This document shows, piece after piece, positions 1 to 8,841 of a stretch of DNA of 64,000 nucleotides. The stretch is taken from contig JBKAGP010000001.1 of NCBI GenBank assembly GCA_046290465.1, positions 5,865,299 through 5,929,298 on the forward strand, read 5' to 3'. Source of the stretch: Planctomycetota bacterium (lineage in GTDB: Bacteria; Planctomycetota; UBA1135; UBA2386). How positions within the stretch are numbered: position 1 is the stretch's first letter; each line of letters opens with the position of its first letter. The notes beneath the pieces are model-generated. The model had not been told where the DNA came from. It saw only the letters and a list, made by a program, of their open reading frames with translations, and searched no databases. The position numbers were made by a program, and so were the translations under genes.

Positions 1-1598
1 GCGCTGGCCGGCATCGGCAGGGTCAGGTCGAACCGCAGCCCCTGGGGGGAGAGGCGCACGGCTTCGAGGTCGTTCATGAGTTGCAGGCGCGCGATCGCGT
101 AATCGACGATCGCGGCGTTGCGGTTGAGTTGGGCGCTGAGCAGCGAATCCTGCGCGTCGAGCTTGTCGAGCGCGGGCACGCGGCCGGCGGCGTAGAGGTC
201 GGTGGTCGCTTCGACGCGCTGCTCGGCGAGGTCGACCGCAACCGTCTGGATCTCGAAGCTGTCGAGCGCCGCCTGGATGTTGCGCAGCGAACGGCGCACG
301 TTGGCGGTCAGCGTGTCCTCGGCCTGTTCGCGCGCCCGCAGCGTGCGGTCGAACGTGATCAGCTGGCTGCGGTAGGCGTTGCGCAGCGGGATGCGGTCGA
401 GGAACAGGTTGAGGTCGACGCCGGCCGACCAGTCGATCTGCGACCAGTCGAGGTTGAGGCCAGCGCCTTCTTCGGAGGGCACCGAGATCGCGGCGGTGAA
501 GTCGAGGCCGAAGTTGAGCGCGTTCTCGGCGATCAGCACGCGGCGGCCGACGTCGGCGACCTCGTCGATGGTCGTCTGGTAGTCGTAGCGGCGACGCAGC
601 GCCAGGCGCACGGCCGTGTCCTGGTCGAGGTCGACCTCCTGCACGCCCTGGTCGACCAGGCGCTTCAGCTCCTCGGGGTCGAGGGTGATCTGCGCGGTCA
701 CCGGCAGGCCGAGCGTCAGCTTGAAGCTGTCGAGCGCGTTCTGCAGGCGGTTGGCGGAGCTGACCCGCTGGGCGTCGGCGCTGTACTCACTCTGCTGCGC
801 GCGACCGAGGTCGACGATCGTGCGGCGGCCGGCGTTGTAGAGCTCCTCGATCTGTTGGCGCGACAGCCGGAAGCTGCTGTAGTTGGCCTCGACGTTGTTG
901 AGGTCGGCCATCTGCTGCACGACGTTCCAGTAGTCGGCGACCAGGTCGATCGCGAACTGCGAACGGAAGCGCTCGAAGTCGCGGATCGCGTAGATGACGT
1001 TGCGCTCGGCCTGGGTCAGCGGCTCGCGCGCGATGTGGCGGCCGGCGCCGCGCAGCAGCGGTTGGGTGACGGTCAGGTTGAGGATCGAGCCACCGTCGAA
1101 CTGGCCGCCGTTGAGCACGCCGCGCAGGAACGTCTGCACGAAGCTGGTCACGATCGACGTGCCGGCCGGGGTGTCGGCCGAGGCGGCCAGGTCGTCGCTC
1201 AGCGAGACGTCCGCGGCGGTGTCCGAGGTGCCGTCGACGTTGGCGCTGAAGCCGCCGCCGAAGCGCACGCGGAAATCGTTGAGCGTCGTCGTCAGGCTGA
1301 GCGCCGCCAGGTAGAGGGTCTCCTTCTGGCGCTGGAACTCACGGCTGTTCTCGGCGGCGACGTCGAGCGCGTCGGCGAGCGACAGCTGGATCGGTTCGCG
1401 GGTGGTCAGCAGGCGCCGGCGCAGCGTGTCGACCGGCCGCTCGACGACGAACTCGCGCTGTTCGCCGAGCACCTGCTCGGTGGCCTTCTCGAGCACGCCG
1501 TAGACGGCGCGGTCGGCCCACTCCCGGTTGCCTTCGGGAGAGTAGCAGGAGGCCACCGCGATGACGGTGACGAACGGGAGGATGCGGGATGCGTGCAA
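1..1598 (-). CDS. TolC/OEP-family outer membrane efflux protein with a lipoprotein-type signal. Partial: the C-terminal end lies beyond position 1.
   Basis: Absent from the ORF track because it has no stop inside the window. My minus-strand translation from TTG at 1598 reads LHASRILPFVTVIAVASCYSPEG (signal plus Cys). It continues IQLSLADALDVAAENSREFQRQKETLYLAALSL, and a second half has LYNAGRRTIVDLGRAQQSEY and TDLYAAGRVPALDKLDAQDSLL. This is the two-repeat layout of TolC-like factors. Listed ORF 81..2126(+) is its antisense shadow. Confidence 0.75.
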   Translation of the reverse strand, partial: MHASRILPFVTVIAVASCYSPEGNREWADRAVYGVLEKATEQVLGEQREFVVERPVDTLRRRLLTTREPIQLSLADALDVAAENSREFQRQKETLYLAALSLTTTLNDFRVRFGGGFSANVDGTSDTAADVSLSDDLAASADTPAGTSIVTSFVQTFLRGVLNGGQFDGGSILNLTVTQPLLRGAGRHIAREPLTQAERNVIYAIRDFERFRSQFAIDLVADYWNVVQQMADLNNVEANYSSFRLSRQQIEELYNAGRRTIVDLGRAQQSEYSADAQRVSSANRLQNALDSFKLTLGLPVTAQITLDPEELKRLVDQGVQEVDLDQDTAVRLALRRRYDYQTTIDEVADVGRRVLIAENALNFGLDFTAAISVPSEEGAGLNLDWSQIDWSAGVDLNLFLDRIPLRNAYRSQLITFDRTLRAREQAEDTLTANVRRSLRNIQAALDSFEIQTVAVDLAEQRVEATTDLYAAGRVPALDKLDAQDSLLSAQLNRNAAIVDYAIARLQLMNDLEAVRLSPQGLRFDLTLPMPAS

Positions 1599-1737
1599 GG
1601 TCAGGACAGGCTCGGCGAACGATCTTGGGACGACCGTAGTAGGTCTGGCCCACTGTTTTTTCTCCCCTCGCCGAGGTGTGTTACTACGATACGACGCGTT
1701 GCGAACCGGTCCGGGCGGGCCATGGAGCAGCGGGGGC

Positions 1738-2442
1738 ATGCTGAGCATCTTGATCACCGCGGGACCGACCCGCGAACACCTCGACGACGTTCGATTCCTG
1801 AGCAATGCAAGCTCGGGACGAATGGGCTGTGCGCTGGCCGAAGCGGCCATGGCAGCAGGCCATCGCGCCACGATCGTGCTCGGCCCGGTCGAGGTCACGC
1901 CGCCCGCCGGCGCCGCCGTCCGTTCGGTCACCTCCGCGCTCGAGATGCAGGCTGCCGCTGCGGACGTATTCGCGACATCCGACATCGTGATCGCCGCGGC
2001 GGCCGTCTCCGACTGGCGGCCGGTGGCGCGCGCTGCCGGCAAGCCGGCGCGCCAACCCGGCCGCATCACGGTCGAGTTCGAGCCCAACCCCGACATCGTC
2101 AAGGGCCTGGCTGCGAACAAGGGTGACCGGATCGTGTTCGGCTTCGCCCTCGAGTCGGTCTCCGCGGGCATGCCCGCGGCGATCGAACGCGGTCGTCGCA
2201 AGATCGTCTCCAAGGGGCTGGATGCCGTGGTCGTGAACCTGCACGACACCATCGGCAGCGACCAGGCCGAGTTCGTGCTGTGCTACGCCGACGGGCGCGA
2301 GCAGCCGTTGCCTCGCTGTGACAAGCGCCAGGCGGCGGAACTGCTGGTGCGCGCCGCGGTCGAGGCGTGGCAGGCGCAGAACGGTTCCGAACCGGGTCGA
2401 CCGAACGGGACCAGCAGTCCACCAGAGGACCTACTCAAGTGA
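1738..2442 (+). CDS. coaB: Phosphopantothenate-cysteine ligase, stand-alone CoaB domain
   Basis: ORF 1561..2442. The recognisable part starts at ATG 1738 (MLSILITAGPTREHLDDVRFLSNASSGRMG ... IAAAAVSDWRP ... EFEPNPDIV). There is no CoaC flavoprotein half upstream in frame. Confidence 0.8.
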   Translation: MLSILITAGPTREHLDDVRFLSNASSGRMGCALAEAAMAAGHRATIVLGPVEVTPPAGAAVRSVTSALEMQAAAADVFATSDIVIAAAAVSDWRPVARAAGKPARQPGRITVEFEPNPDIVKGLAANKGDRIVFGFALESVSAGMPAAIERGRRKIVSKGLDAVVVNLHDTIGSDQAEFVLCYADGREQPLPRCDKRQAAELLVRAAVEAWQAQNGSEPGRPNGTSSPPEDLLK

Positions 2443-5108
2443 GCAGAAAGAAGGACCACGAGGCCGAAGCGGCCCCGAAGCGCGGCACGCGCTTCGTCCC
2501 CACCGAGGACGTGCCGCTGCCCGGCCTGTCGCCGCGCGCCCGCGAAGTGGTGGCGTTGGCGCTCTGCGGCGTCGCGCTCTACTCGATGCTGTGCCTGGCG
2601 ACGTTCCGGATGGCGGATCTCGACGGCGCGATCCCGACCGGCGGCATGCAGAACCTCGGCGGCTCGTTCGGCTACTACCTGGCGATCGGGTTCACGCGTG
2701 CGCTCGGGCTCGCCGGCTGGGTGCCGTTCCTGATGCTGCTGGCCTACGCGCTGCTGATGTTCCTCGGCCGCAGCTGCAGCCGCCTGACCATCAAGCTGCT
2801 CGGCATCGTCTGCTTCTCGGCGATGCTGGCGATCCTGTTCGCCGGCCACGACGGCCTCGCGGGCGTGCGAGACGCGACCCCGTACGGCGCCGGTGGCGTG
2901 TTCGGCTCGGTGGTCTCGCCCAAGCTCTACTCGGCCTTCGGCGGCACGGGCCGCGTGCTGATCCTGGTGTTCGGCGCGCTGGTGTCGCTGCTGATCGCGA
3001 CCGAGTGGATGTTCTCCGAGCTGCTGCTGCGCGCCTACGCGGCGATCGAGCCGCCGGTGCGCCGCTGGTTCGGACGTGCGGTCGTCGCCGGCATCGGCGA
3101 GGTCGAAGAGCTCGAGGAGGAGGCCGAGGCCAAGCCGAAGCGTCGTCGTTCGCGCAAGAAGCCGGTCGCCGAGGAGGTCGAGGAGCCGGAGGAAGAGGTC
3201 GAGGAGGAAGAAGAAGAGGAAGAGGTCGAGGAAGAGGAGGAGGCCGAAGAAGCAGAGGAAGAAGAGGCCGAGGAGGAGGAAGAGGACGAGGAAGAGGCAG
3301 ATGAAGAAGAAGAGGAGGAGCCGGCGCCGAAGGCCCGCCGTTCGCGCAGTGGCCGCAAATCGCGCAAGGCGGCGGCAGAGGAGTCGGAGCCCGAGCCCGA
3401 GCCCGAGCCCGAACCGGAACCGCCCAAGCCCAAGCCGATCGTGATCGTGCGGCCGAAGCCGCGCAAAAAGCGCAAGAAGGTCGCGGCGCAGAGCACGCTG
3501 CCGTTCCAGGACTACCCGTTCCCGCCGATGGAGCTGTTCCAGGAGCCGCAGATGGGCGACCTCGGCGCGACCTCGGAGGTGCTCGAGAAGGGCGGTGCCG
3601 CGATCGTCAACAAGCTCGCCAACTTCAAGATCGAGGCGCAGGTGGTGGCGGCGTCGGTCGGCCCGGCGGTCACCCAGTACGAGCTGCGGCTCGCCGAGAG
3701 CATCCGCGTCAACAAGATCGTCGGCTTCGAATCGGACCTCGCGGCGGCGCTCAAGGCCTACTCGGTGCGCGTGGTCGCGCCGATCCCGGGCAAGGACACG
3801 GTCGGCGTCGAGGTTCCCAACGAGGAGCGCGAGAAGGTCTACATGCGCGACCTGCTCGACATGTTCGGCCGCGCCGACGACCATGCGATCCCGCTCTACC
3901 TCGGCAAGGACGTCGCCGGCAACCCGATCGTCGAGGACCTGGCGCGCATGCCGCACCTGCTGATCGCCGGCACCACCGGGTCCGGCAAGTCGGTCTGCAT
4001 CAACACGATCCTGCTGTCGGTGCTGATGACCCGCACGCCGCAGCAGGTCAAGCTGATCCTGGTCGACCCGAAGATGGTCGAACTGCAGGCCTACAAGAAG
4101 GTGCCGCACCTCTGCTGCGAGGTCGTCACCAACATGAAGAAGGCGCCGGGCGTGCTGCAGTGGGCCGTCGACGAAATGGAGAATCGCTACGCGATGCTGT
4201 CGGCCGCGGGCGTCAACCACATCAAGAACTACAACCGCCTCGGCGAGACCGAGCTGGCCAAGCGGCTCGGCCGCGATCCGGACCCGGACCGCGTGCACCT
4301 GAGCTACATCGTGATCGTCATCGACGAGTTCGCCGACCTGATGAACGTCGCCGCGAACGAGGTCGAGGACCTGATCCAGCGCCTCGCGCAGAAGTCGCGC
4401 GCCGTCGGCATGCACGTGATCCTGGCGACCCAGCGCCCGTCCAGCGACGTGATCACCGGCATCATCAAGGCCAACCTGCCGTGCCAGATCGCGTTCAAGG
4501 TCAACCGCCGCATCGATTCGCGCGTGATCCTCGACGTCAACGGCGCCGAGAAGCTGCTCGGCCACGGTGACATGCTCTACATGCCGCCGGCGGGCGGCGC
4601 GCTGCTGCGTGCGCAGGGCACGTTCGTCTCCGACGAGGAGCAGCACGCGGTCGTGAAGTACCTCGAGGACCAGGGCCAGCAGCCGGCGTTCAACCCGGAG
4701 CTGATGCAGCGCCAGTCGAGTTCGCGGCCGTCCTCGGCCGACAAGGACGAGCGCTACCACGAGGCCGTCGAGGTGATCGTTGGCCAGCAGCGCGGCTCGG
4801 CGACGCTGCTGCAGCGGGCGCTGTCGGTCGGCTACACGCGGGCGACGCGCCTGCTGGAGCTGATGGAGGACGACGGCATCGTCGGTCCGTTCGTCGGCTC
4901 GAAGTCGCGCGAGGTGCTGCTGACGCTCGAGGAGTGGCACGCGCGCCGCGAGGCCGAGGAGCAGGCTGCCGACGACGACGAATACGAGTACGTCGAGGTC
5001 GAGGAGGGCGAGGAAGTGGAGGTCGCCGACGGCGACGACGTCGGCGAGGAGGTCGAGGCCGACGCCGGCGAGGCCGTGACGGATCCGCAAGACGACGAGC
5101 GCGATTGA
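2439..5108 (+). CDS. ftsK: DNA translocase FtsK/SpoIIIE, full length
   Basis: ORF 2367..5108. It has four N-terminal TM helices and a mixed acidic/basic low-complexity linker (about 3100..3480). Motifs: Walker A LIAGTTGSGKSVCIN, Walker B IVIVIDEFADL, gamma winged helix LLQRALSVGYTRATRLLELMEDDGIVGP. Start set at GTG 2439 (GTGA overlap with the coaB stop); GTG 2367 is also possible. Confidence 0.95.
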   Translation: MSRKKDHEAEAAPKRGTRFVPTEDVPLPGLSPRAREVVALALCGVALYSMLCLATFRMADLDGAIPTGGMQNLGGSFGYYLAIGFTRALGLAGWVPFLMLLAYALLMFLGRSCSRLTIKLLGIVCFSAMLAILFAGHDGLAGVRDATPYGAGGVFGSVVSPKLYSAFGGTGRVLILVFGALVSLLIATEWMFSELLLRAYAAIEPPVRRWFGRAVVAGIGEVEELEEEAEAKPKRRRSRKKPVAEEVEEPEEEVEEEEEEEEVEEEEEAEEAEEEEAEEEEEDEEEADEEEEEEPAPKARRSRSGRKSRKAAAEESEPEPEPEPEPEPPKPKPIVIVRPKPRKKRKKVAAQSTLPFQDYPFPPMELFQEPQMGDLGATSEVLEKGGAAIVNKLANFKIEAQVVAASVGPAVTQYELRLAESIRVNKIVGFESDLAAALKAYSVRVVAPIPGKDTVGVEVPNEEREKVYMRDLLDMFGRADDHAIPLYLGKDVAGNPIVEDLARMPHLLIAGTTGSGKSVCINTILLSVLMTRTPQQVKLILVDPKMVELQAYKKVPHLCCEVVTNMKKAPGVLQWAVDEMENRYAMLSAAGVNHIKNYNRLGETELAKRLGRDPDPDRVHLSYIVIVIDEFADLMNVAANEVEDLIQRLAQKSRAVGMHVILATQRPSSDVITGIIKANLPCQIAFKVNRRIDSRVILDVNGAEKLLGHGDMLYMPPAGGALLRAQGTFVSDEEQHAVVKYLEDQGQQPAFNPELMQRQSSSRPSSADKDERYHEAVEVIVGQQRGSATLLQRALSVGYTRATRLLELMEDDGIVGPFVGSKSREVLLTLEEWHARREAEEQAADDDEYEYVEVEEGEEVEVADGDDVGEEVEADAGEAVTDPQDDERD

Positions 5109-5213
5109 TCTTCCCGGCCGCTACTGCTTGTGGGCCCGACCGGCGAGCAGTAGATTCTGTCGCGTAGCGTCCGGTGGTGTCGGACGTAGAGCGCAACTGC
5201 CCGGGAGGGGCAC

Positions 5214-7298
5214 ATGACTGTGAATACGCTGGGCTCTGAATCCCGGCTCGGAGGCGATTCGTTCGCGCCGGGCTCGTCGCGTGGCTCGCGCACCGTCGCG
5301 GAGTGGCTGTGGCCGTTCCTGGTCGGAGGCGTCGCGCTGTTCTCGATCTCCGCGCTGTTCTACTACCACTTCCACCGCGCGGAACTCGAACCACAGAGCT
5401 TCCTGCAGCAGGTATTCGCCGGCCTCTACGACACCTTCGGGTGGGCGCCGTCGGTGGTGTTCTTCCTGCTGGTGTTCGCCTGGTCGCTGATCTGGTTCGT
5501 GACCGGCGTGCTGGAGAAGCCGGTCTCGCGCGTCGTGCGCCTGCTGGTGATGGCGGTCATGCTCGGGGTGTTCTTGAACCTCGGCGACGGCGGCGTCGTC
5601 TCCGAACCGCACAAGGGCGCGTTCGGTGCCTGGTTGGCCGGCCGGCTGGTCGGCGCGATCGGCTACGTGCCGAGCCTGGTGATGGTCTGGGTGACGACGT
5701 TCGCGTCGCTGCTGCTGGCCACCGACTGGTTCTTTAGCGAGTGGTTCGAGCGCTCGCGCAAGGCGGCGACGTTCGAGGTCGGCGTCGAGGAGCAGGTCAC
5801 CGACCACCTGCGCGGCCTGTCCGAGATCGCCAACCGTCCGGAATCGACCGAGGCCGGCGCGGCCAGCGCCGCCGTGACGATCGACGCCGGCGACGCGCCC
5901 GCAGACGGAGCCGCGGTCGGCGCCGACGAGCAACGGGACGACGATGGCCCGGAGCGACAGGACGCCGCCGGCGGGGATCCTGCCGAGCCCGAAGCGGCTG
6001 CCGAGCCGGTCGTGCACGTCGAGCGACGCCTCAGCTACGCCGAACGACGGCGCCTGCGCGCCGAGCGCGATGCCGCCCAGGCCGAGCCGCCGGTGCCGGT
6101 GCCGCGCCCCGACCCGCAGCCGGCAGAGGAGCCGTCGTCCCGCCCCGATCCGGAGCCGGCGGAGCTGGCGCGCGCGGTCGGCTCTGCCCTCGACGAGCTG
6201 GCCGAGAACGCACAGGCGGGCGGCGCTGCGGTGTCCGAGGACGAGCTCGCGGGGCTGTTCGGAGACGCGTCCGCAACGGCCGAGGACGACGACGACGTGG
6301 TGGTGGTCGCGCCGGAGCACGTCGAGGCCGAGGAGATCGAACTGGTCGACGAGGACCCGGACGAGGACGAGGACGCCGAGGCCGTCGACGACGACGAGAT
6401 CGCGGCGGACGAGATCGCCGAGGAAGGCGACGACGAGTCCGAGGACGCCGAGCTGGGTGAGCTCGACGAGGACGACGAATCGGACGACGCCGACGAGGAC
6501 GACGACGAGGAAGAGGAAGAAGAAGAGGACGAGGACTACGGCGAGGAGGACGTCGACGAAGACGACGAGGAGTCGGCGGAGCTCGAGTCGGACGACGACG
6601 AGGTCGAGGACGAAGAACTCGAAGACGAAGAGTTCGAGGACGAGGAACTCGACGACGACGACGACGACGAAGAAGAAGAAGAAGAAGAAGAAGAAGAAGA
6701 AGAAGAAGAAGAAGAAGAAGAGGAAGAGGACGAGGACGAGGACGAGGACGAGGAAGGCGAGTACGCGGAGTACGACGAGGACGAGGAACTCGAGGAAGGC
6801 GACGAGGAGGAGGACGAGTCCGACGCGGACGATGCCGACGACTCGGGCGATGACGAAGTCGAACTCGAGGCCCAGCTCGACGACGAGGAGGCCGACGACG
6901 AGGAGGCCGACGAAGACGAGTTCGAGGCCGATGAGGACGACGACGACGACTTCGTCGAGTCGACGGCCGACGCCCCGACCGAACCCAAGGAGACCGTCGT
7001 CGCGATCCCGCGTCCGGACGAGATGCCCGAGCCGGTCCAGCCGACCCCACCGGTGAGCCCGGCTGCCCGCGCCGAAGCCGAGCCGCAGCCCGAGCCGTCG
7101 GCCCCTGGCCGCCAGCAGAAGCTGTTCGGCGGCGGCGTCGACGAGGACCTGCTGGTCGAGGCCCGCGAACTGCTGCGTTCGGGCCGACGGCCGACCGCAG
7201 CGCTGCTGCAGCGCAAGCTGCGCATCGACTACGAACTGGCGCAGGACGTGATCCACGAGCTGGAGGCGCGCGGGCTGCTGGCGGAAGACGAGGCGTGA
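5214..7298 (+). CDS. FtsK-like paralog without an ATPase motor: FtsK-type membrane domain, hyper-acidic low-complexity spacer and FtsK-gamma-like C-terminal domain
   Basis: ORF 5214..7298, with GGGAGGGG upstream of the ATG. The N-terminal TM block parallels FtsK (SLLLATDWFFSEWF vs SLLIATEWMFSELL). The C-terminus ALLQRKLRIDYELAQDVIHELEARGLL parallels the FtsK gamma domain. No Walker motifs are present. About 6246..6969 is almost pure Asp/Glu. Confidence 0.8.
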   Translation: MTVNTLGSESRLGGDSFAPGSSRGSRTVAEWLWPFLVGGVALFSISALFYYHFHRAELEPQSFLQQVFAGLYDTFGWAPSVVFFLLVFAWSLIWFVTGVLEKPVSRVVRLLVMAVMLGVFLNLGDGGVVSEPHKGAFGAWLAGRLVGAIGYVPSLVMVWVTTFASLLLATDWFFSEWFERSRKAATFEVGVEEQVTDHLRGLSEIANRPESTEAGAASAAVTIDAGDAPADGAAVGADEQRDDDGPERQDAAGGDPAEPEAAAEPVVHVERRLSYAERRRLRAERDAAQAEPPVPVPRPDPQPAEEPSSRPDPEPAELARAVGSALDELAENAQAGGAAVSEDELAGLFGDASATAEDDDDVVVVAPEHVEAEEIELVDEDPDEDEDAEAVDDDEIAADEIAEEGDDESEDAELGELDEDDESDDADEDDDEEEEEEEDEDYGEEDVDEDDEESAELESDDDEVEDEELEDEEFEDEELDDDDDDEEEEEEEEEEEEEEEEEEEEDEDEDEDEEGEYAEYDEDEELEEGDEEEDESDADDADDSGDDEVELEAQLDDEEADDEEADEDEFEADEDDDDDFVESTADAPTEPKETVVAIPRPDEMPEPVQPTPPVSPAARAEAEPQPEPSAPGRQQKLFGGGVDEDLLVEARELLRSGRRPTAALLQRKLRIDYELAQDVIHELEARGLLAEDEA
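6669..6719 (+). repeat. Perfect (GAA)17 trinucleotide microsatellite inside the FtsK-like CDS, encoding part of a 20-Glu run
   Basis: Read directly: 17 consecutive in-frame GAA codons from 6669, preceded by (GAC)6 and followed by GAG GAA GAG (GAC GAG)n. Confidence 0.95.
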
Positions 7299-7418
7299 CC
7301 GCGCGCCGGCGCGCCCGGAATCCGGCCGCCGGGGTGCGAAAAGTGCGCGCGCATCCGATGCCTTCGGAGCGGCCTGCTGGTGGGGCTGCGCGTTCGTTCG
7401 TCCCCGCTTTCCCCAGGC

Positions 7419-7438
7419 TTGTCCACAGGGTGTCCACG
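7419..7438 (+). promoter_or_regulatory. Two adjacent DnaA-box-like 9-mers upstream of dnaB
   Basis: TTGTCCACA (7419..7427) matches the high-GC DnaA box variant described for actinomycetes. GTGTCCACG (7430..7438) starts 11 bp later in the same orientation. Both lie 54-73 bp upstream of the dnaB ATG. Confidence 0.35.
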
Positions 7439-7491
7439 GGTCGCAGCCTTGCGTCGGCGCGTGGGCACGGTAACTAGGACCGGCTCAGCGG

Positions 7492-8841
7492 ATGGTGGAC
7501 TTCAAGCAGAACTTCGACGGCCGCGGCGTGCCGCAGAACCTCGACGCCGAGCGCTCGGTGCTCGGTGCGCTCCTGTTGCACACGGACGCCGTCGTCGACG
7601 TCACGTTCCTCAAGCCCGACGACTTCTACCTGCCCAAGCACCAGCAGATCTTCCAGGCGCTGCTGACGGCCTACAACACGCGCACGGCGACCGACCCGAT
7701 CGTCGTCGGCGAGGAACTCGACCGGCAGGGCAAGCTCGACGAGGTCGGCGGCCATGAGCAGCTGATGGACCTGATGGAAGGGGTCATCACGGCGGCGGGC
7801 GTCGTCTACCACGCCGAGATCGTGCGCGAGAAGGCGATCGCGCGCCGGCTGCTGGAGACCTGCCTCGACGTCGCGCGGCGCACCTACGACAACGAGAGCG
7901 AGGCCAAGGAGCTGCTCGACGAGGCGGAGCGCAAGATCTTCGAGATCTCGGGCATGGACAAGAGCGGCGACGCGGTCAGCATCGCCGACGTGCTGCAGCT
8001 GACGTTCGAGAAGATCGACCGGCTGCGCGAGCGCGAGGGGCGCCTGACCGGCCACGCGACCGACTACTACGACTTCGACGACATGACCGGCGGCCTGCAG
8101 CCGGGCGAACTGGTGATCATCGCGGCGCGTCCGTCGATGGGAAAGACCACGTTCGCGCTCAACCTGACCGAGCGTGTCTCCAACCACGGCAAGGGCATCG
8201 CGTTCTTCTCGCTCGAGATGTCCAACCAGCAGGTCATCCAGAACATGCTCTGCTGCCGCTCGCAGATCGACGGTTCGGCGATGCGCAAGGGCCGGATCAC
8301 CGACCAGCAGTACAAGCGGCTGCAGGAGGAGGCGGCGAAGCTCTACGAGACGCCGATCTTCATCGACGATACGCCGGGCATCTCGATCACGCAGCTGCGC
8401 GCCAAGGCGCGCCGCCTGAAGCAGAAGCACGGCATCGACATGATCGTCGTGGACTACCTGCAGCTGATGACCGGCGGCGGCCGCTTCGAGAGCCGCCAGC
8501 AGGAGATCTCGGCGATCTCGCGTGGTCTGAAGAGCGTGGCGCGGGAGCTTTCCGTGCCGGTGTTGGCGCTGTCGCAGTTGAATCGTGACGTCGAGAACCG
8601 CGATGATCACCGGCCGCGCATGAGTGACCTGCGCGAGTCCGGCGCGATCGAGCAGGACGCCGACGTGATCCTGCTGCTGCACCGTGACGACTACTTCAAT
8701 CCGACCGAAGAGAACCGCGGCCTCGCCCAAGTCATCATCGCCAAACAGCGCAACGGCCCGACCGGTGAGGTCGCGCTGCGCTTCTTCCGCGAGTACATGC
8801 GATTTGAGAACTACACGCGCAGAGCCGAGCCGATGCAGTAG
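7492..8841 (+). CDS. dnaB: Replicative DNA helicase DnaB
   Basis: ORF 7492..8841. N-terminal PQNLDAERSVLGALLL, Walker A ARPSMGKTTFALN, Walker B IVVDYLQLM, LSQLNR and DADVILLLHRDDYF. Confidence 0.95.
   Translation: MVDFKQNFDGRGVPQNLDAERSVLGALLLHTDAVVDVTFLKPDDFYLPKHQQIFQALLTAYNTRTATDPIVVGEELDRQGKLDEVGGHEQLMDLMEGVITAAGVVYHAEIVREKAIARRLLETCLDVARRTYDNESEAKELLDEAERKIFEISGMDKSGDAVSIADVLQLTFEKIDRLREREGRLTGHATDYYDFDDMTGGLQPGELVIIAARPSMGKTTFALNLTERVSNHGKGIAFFSLEMSNQQVIQNMLCCRSQIDGSAMRKGRITDQQYKRLQEEAAKLYETPIFIDDTPGISITQLRAKARRLKQKHGIDMIVVDYLQLMTGGGRFESRQQEISAISRGLKSVARELSVPVLALSQLNRDVENRDDHRPRMSDLRESGAIEQDADVILLLHRDDYFNPTEENRGLAQVIIAKQRNGPTGEVALRFFREYMRFENYTRRAEPMQ

Noticed and set aside
5121-5153. 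Hairpin CTACTGCT...AGCAGTAG after ftsK as a terminator.
   Set aside because: It has an 8-bp AT-containing stem, a 17-nt loop and no T-tract. This is too weak to call.
7299-7491. Possible chromosomal replication origin, because of the DnaA-box-like motifs next to dnaB.
   Set aside because: Only two boxes are present, with no AT-rich unwinding element and no dnaA/dnaN context. It is kept only as a candidate regulatory site.
8684-8803. Longer BamA N-terminus starting at GTG 8684.
   Set aside because: It would overlap dnaB by 158 nt, and the extra residues are Ser/Arg/Pro-rich. TTG 8804 gives a plausible signal peptide. The start remains uncertain.
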